This document shows positions 56,582-64,000 of a DNA stretch of 64,000 nt, in pieces. Made by a program: the position numbers and the translations under genes. Position 1 is the stretch's first letter. Each line of letters starts with the position of its first letter. This DNA comes from Eledone cirrhosa (lineage: Eukaryota): positions 1,798,001 through 1,862,000 of the forward strand of contig OZ024757.1 in assembly GCA_964016885.1 (NCBI GenBank), given 5' to 3'. The notes under the pieces are model-generated. The model saw only the letters and a program-made list of their open reading frames with translations, ran no database searches and was not told the origin of the DNA.

Positions 56582-56683
56582 ATGAGATTCTACAGGACTA
56601 GAAGTTTTTCATTCTTTAGAAATCATCAGGAATCCCTGATGATTTCTAAAGAATGAAACAGTTCTAGACCTGTAGAATCTCAT
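56582..56683. ncRNA. Inverted repeat with divergent hammerhead pair
   Basis: Plus: CTGATGA tttctaaagaat GAAAC AG ttctagac CT GTA gaatc. Minus: GATTC CTGATGA .. GAAAAAC ttctagtc CT GTA GAATC. Upstream flank has gtaaggtactcaatac, shared (inverted) with ~35625. Confidence 0.72.
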
Positions 56684-56702
56684 ATATATATATATATATA
56701 TA

Positions 56703-56991
56703 TATACGATATTAAACAAATGGAAACTATATTTATAAAACCATATTTATTTCATTATACATATTTCAGGGATACCATATTAAAAATATGGCATGCCTTC
56801 GTCATATGGCATGCCTTTGCCATATTTTTAATATGGTATCCCTGAAATATGTATAATGAAATAAATATGGTTTTATAAATATAGTTTCCATTTGTTTAAT
56901 ATCGTATATCTACTCCAAAAACTTGTCGAGTGCTTTATATCAGTTATAAAATATTTACTTGTTGTAACCCAACAATTTTAAGTAAAACTTT

Positions 56992-56995
<4 letters not shown>
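56703..56995. repeat. Fold-back inverted repeat (56703-56909) of the terminal module also present at 58750-58930
   Basis: ~90-bp arms containing gaaatatgtataatgaaataaatatggttttataaatatagtttccatttg. Confidence 0.85.
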
Positions 56996-57051
<56 letters not shown>

Positions 57052-57696
57052 TATACAAACATATATATGTATATATATATATGTATACATACACACATAT
57101 ATATGTATATATATGTGTGTGTGTGTCTTGTGTTGTGTTGAGCAAAACTTTGTATAAACGACACAAAACAACAATAGCAGTACTGTTTTTAGTGGTTAAG
57201 TTTTTCAGGGGGAACTATATTTGGTTGTTCACCGTTAGCTGTCTACTACTGTCAACGTCATGGAGGAGCAACTCGCCTCTTTGATGAAAATTTTCTACCA
57301 AGCTTCTTCTCTGCATAACCACTAAACCAGAATATATCGCACATCAATACACATAGTCACCCGTTTATTGATTTTAGGGTGCCTAAATAACAGAGAAAAC
57401 CCTGATGAAACGGTTGATATATTAATTATATTCACCATTACTACTACTACTATTAGTATTTCAAACAACATCGTCCACCTGTCTTCTGTCACATTTTCAC
57501 TGATTGACACAAAAACAAACCTCAAAATCACACGAGGTCATCGAACCGTATCGGAGGTTTCTGGATTGAAACCCTCAAACTAGGTCTTGTTATAGACTAA
57601 TATAACGACACATATAAATTATATTATATATATGTATATATGATATAATTTAATATATATATACATATATAAACACGCACACACACAGACAGACAG

Positions 57697-57739
<43 letters not shown>

Positions 57740-58284
57740 AATACATACATACACACATAAATATATATATATATACACACACTCGAATATATATATATAC
57801 ATTATATATATACATACATTATATATACATACATTATATATATATATACACATAAATATACACATATTTATATATATATAAACACATATATATATATATA
57901 AACACGAATATATATATGCACACATACATTATATATATATACACATAAATACACACACACATATATATATATATAAACACACATATATATATAAACACAC
58001 ACATATATATATACACATAAATACACACACACACACATATATATACATATATATAAACAAACAGACAATATATATATAAGTAAAATCTAAAAAAAGAGGG
58101 TGTGAACTCCCGGTAAACCCTTTCCGCCCCAACACAATGGAAAATATAGGGTCTCCTATATTGACCCAAGCGGCCACAACAGCAGCAAAACCTCAAAATA
58201 TTGATGGAATTTCTTGGTGGTTCAGGTTTTTGGTCAAAGGTTGTGGAGTTTTAGGAGGAATTGGTGAGTCGACAATGTTATTCC

Positions 58285-58542
58285 TTATTTCATCTAGTTT
58301 CGTCTTATACCATCTAATTTTATCTTATTTCATCTAATTTCGTCTTATATCATCTAATTTTATCTCATGTCATCTTATATCATCTCATTTCATCTTATAT
58401 CATCTCATTTCATCTTATATAATCTAATTTCATCTTATTTCATCTCATTTCATTATATCTTATTTCTTCTCATTTCATCTTATATCATCTCATTTCATCC
58501 TATTTTTTCTCATTTCATCTTATATCATCTAATTTCATCTCA
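58285..58542. repeat. Degenerate 5/10-bp (TTTCATCTTA-like) repeat
   Basis: Direct reading. Confidence 0.85.
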
Positions 58543-58752
58543 AAATTCTTTCCTCGTCGCAGAATTCCTGGCTTTATTATTTATATTATTATAAAACAGT
58601 TGTTTAACATAATTTGCGCCCACACACGCACATGTATATATATCTATATATATAGATATATATATATCTCTATATATATATCCAGGAAGCTCCAACCGTT
58701 AAGGTTGTCTTTTTTTCAGGGTATGTCAATATTTATTTATAAAACAAATCTG

Positions 58753-58817
58753 TATTTTATCTGATGAAATCGCACCATAATTTGCCTTGGTGGCTCTTGA
58801 AATATGTATAATAAAAT
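58753..58817 (+). ncRNA. Degenerate hammerhead-like motif
   Basis: ttttat CTGATGA ..cacca..tggtg.. GAAAT AT GTA taataaaat. Stem I register is imperfect; a related motif lies at 59224-59287 (TTGATGA..gtactg..cagtac..GAAATATGTA). Confidence 0.45.
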
Positions 58818-58963
58818 AAATATGGTTTTATAAATATAGTTTCCATTTGTTAATATATTGTGTATTTACTCCACTAATTTGTTGAGTGCTTTATATCAGT
58901 TATAAAAATGTTTAAGCTTGTTGAATCCCAACAAATTAAATATAACCTCTGCATATAAATATA

Positions 58964-59009
<46 letters not shown>

Positions 59010-59400
59010 CATACCTATATATATATATATTTATATACATACCTATATATATATATGCATATATACACACATACAAATACACTCATATATATATGTACAT
59101 ATATCTATATACATATCTCTCTCTCCCTCTCTCTCTCTATATATATATGTGTATATTTAAAGGTTGACTACCATGACTGTATCTTAACCATCTACTAAGT
59201 CAGGGTATGTCATACATCATCTTATTTTATTTGATGAGGACGTACTGTTGAAGATAGCTCAGTACCTCTGAAATATGTATAATAAATTATACTTGATCAC
59301 ACGAATGTCTATTTTTGATATTTTGAATTAATATATATGTATATATATATGTATATGTATATATGTATATATACATATATATCTATATATGTATATATAT

Positions 59401-59934
59401 ATATTGTTATACTTTGGGAGGGTCATGTTGCCAATAAGAAACACACGCACCAGTTGCTTTCACTTCAATTTATTATAATAAATTTATAATAAATTTATAA
59501 TAAATTTATAAATTTCTGGTTGGTTGGTTGGTTCCACAACCAGATAGTTGTTTATATATAGTCATAGTTCTTTCGTCACACACTCTGTGACCTCTTCAGT
59601 GACTGGGGATTCCTTTCTTTGTTTCTGTGCCTCTCCTTTGTTCTGTCCTACGCCATTTTGTTTCACACAGAAACAAAATGGCGTAGGACAGAACAAAGGA
59701 GAGGCACAGAAACAAAGAAAGGAATCCCCAGTCACTGAAGAGGTCACAGAGTGTGTGACGAAAGAACTATGACTATATATAAACAACTATCTGGTTGTGG
59801 AACCAACCAACCAACCAGAAATTTATAAATTTATTATAAATTTATTATAAATTTATTATAATAAATTGAAGTGAAAGCAACTGGTGCGTGTGTTTCTTAT
59901 TGGCAACATGACCCCCCCCAAAGTATAACAATAT
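59401..59934. repeat. Near-perfect 534-bp palindrome (~265-bp arms, 5-nt spacer at 59665-59669)
   Basis: Arms are reverse complements; the ORF track gives near-identical peptides on both strands. Confidence 0.95.
59730..59774 (+). ncRNA. Type I hammerhead ribozyme motif (mirror copy on minus strand at 59560-59604)
   Basis: AGTCA CTGAAGA g GTCACA gagtg TGTGAC GAAAG AA CTA TGACT: 5-bp stem I, 6-bp stem II, minimal stem III, CUA cleavage triplet. Confidence 0.8.
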
Positions 59935-59989
59935 CCGTTTCAACACACGATTTCAGATATACAATCTTGCTAAACAAATTCAGAAACGA

Positions 59990-60083
59990 AATATATATAT
60001 ATATATATCTATATATGTATATATATATATATATCTATATATATATACATGTATATATGTATATATATATGTATATATATATG

Positions 60084-60136
<53 letters not shown>

Positions 60137-60181
60137 GTGTATATATATATATATGTATATATATATATGTATATATATATG

Positions 60182-60268
<87 letters not shown>

Positions 60269-60680
60269 CTATATATATCTATATATATACATGTATATGT
60301 ATATATATATGTATATATATATGTATATATATATGTATATATATATGTATATATATATGTATATATATATGTATATATATATGTATATGTATATATATAT
60401 GTATATATATATGTATATATATATGTATATATATGTATATATATATGTATATATATGTATATATATGTATATATATGTATATATATATGTATATATATGT
60501 ATATATATATGTATATATATGTATATATATATGTATATGTATGTGTATATATGTATGTGTATATATGTATGTGTATATATGTATGTATATATATATATGT
60601 ATATGTATGTGTATATATGTATGTATATATATATATGTATATGTATATGTATATGTATATATATATATATGTATGTATGT
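59990..60680. repeat. (TA)n/(TATG)n microsatellite
   Basis: Direct reading. Confidence 0.97.
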
Positions 60681-61780
60681 GAATATAGACATAGAATATT
60701 CGAAAATATTCTGTATGTTTATAATAAACATTTTGAAGACCTAATCGCTATAGAATAGAATACGTCACGTATTACAATTAGATTCTCGATAAAAGCAAGG
60801 GAAGTAATCTACGCGTTTCAATCTTGTTAGAAATCATCAGGACTACATATCCAGTGCTTTTATCGAGAATGACACAGCTAGAGACTTATAGAATACTTAG
60901 CTGTGTACAGGAACTGGTTTGAAAGAGCGGTTGCCGGTCCGGCAGAAATTAGAAATTGGAATAAATGCTCTGAAATAGCGATATATATGTGAATATAGAC
61001 ATAGAATATTCGAAAATATTCTGTATGTTTATAATAAACATTTTGAAGACCTAATCGCTATAGAATAGAATACGTCACGTATTACAATTAGATTCTCGAT
61101 AAAAGCAAGGGAAGTAATCTACGCGTTTCAATCTTGTTAGAAATCATCAGGACTACATATCCAGTGCTTTTATCGAGAATGACACAGCTAGAGACTTATA
61201 GAATACTTAGCTGTGTACAGGAACTGGTTTGAAAGAGCGGTTGCCGGTCCGGCAGAAATTAGAAATTGGAATAAATGCTCTGAAATAGCGATATATATGT
61301 GAATATAGACATAGAATATTCGAAAATATTCTGTATGTTTATAATAAACATTTTGAAGACCTAATCGCTATAGAATAGAATACGTCACGTATTACAATTA
61401 GATTCTCGATAAAAGCAAGGGAAGTAATCTACGCGTTTCAATCTTGTTAGAAATCATCAGGACTACATATCCAGTGCTTTTATCGAGAATGACACAGCTA
61501 GAGACTTATAGAATACTTAGCTGTGTACAGGAACTGGTTTGAAAGAGCGGTTGCCGGTCCGGCAGAAATTAGAAATTGGAATAAATGCTCTGAAATAGCG
61601 ATATATATGTGAATATAGACATAGAATATTCGAAAATATTCTGTATGTTTATAATAAACATTTTGAAGACCTAATCGCTATAGAATAGAATACGTCACGT
61701 ATTACAATTAGATTCTCGATAAAAGCAAGGGAAGTAATCTACGCGTTTCAATCTTGTTAGAAATCATCAGGACTACATAT
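60677..61780 (-). mobile_element. 310-bp tandem repeat (~3.5 units) with one minimal hammerhead ribozyme per unit: retrozyme-like or tandem Penelope pLTR
   Basis: gaatatagac recurs at 60681, 60991, 61301 and 61611; HHR motifs at 60804-60846, 61114-61156, 61424-61466 and 61734-61776. Confidence 0.85.
60804..60846 (-). ncRNA. Minimal type I hammerhead ribozyme (leftmost of four identical copies)
   Basis: GTAGTC CTGATGA tttctaacaagatt GAAAC GC GTA GATTAC: 6-bp stem I, palindromic stem III ACGCGU, distal 16-bp stem 60782-60797/60855-60870. Confidence 0.85.

Positions 61781-64000
<2,220 letters not shown>

Noticed and set aside
59548-59786. Mirror-image 74-aa ORFs on both strands
   Set aside because: A consequence of the DNA palindrome; no coding signal.

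Overview
AT-rich, repeat-dominated metazoan genomic DNA; the SINE families and (TA)n/(TATG)n load suggest an octopus/coleoid cephalopod (inference). One host gene is recognisable: a single-coding-exon LAP1/LULL1 (torsin-interacting, TOR1AIP-like) gene at 33661-34605. The rest is an ~18 kb 40-bp satellite with higher-order duplications, several RTE-clade LINEs, a CR1/L2 fragment, a decayed Penelope-like element, tRNA-derived SINEs, Helentron-like non-autonomous elements, minisatellites, microsatellites and a 200-N gap. The most notable unannotated signal is a dispersed set of type I hammerhead ribozyme (HHR) motifs read directly from the sequence. They comprise (i) a 310-bp tandem array at 60.68-61.78 kb with one minimal HHR per unit, a retrozyme/circRNA-like architecture; (ii) several fold-back inverted repeats carrying divergent HHR pairs that turn around at or near the ribozyme; and (iii) a variant HHR at the 3' end of the Penelope element, the plausible trans-acting mobiliser. 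Most ORFs in the supplied track are repeat translation artefacts. All alignments and base-pairings were done by eye.
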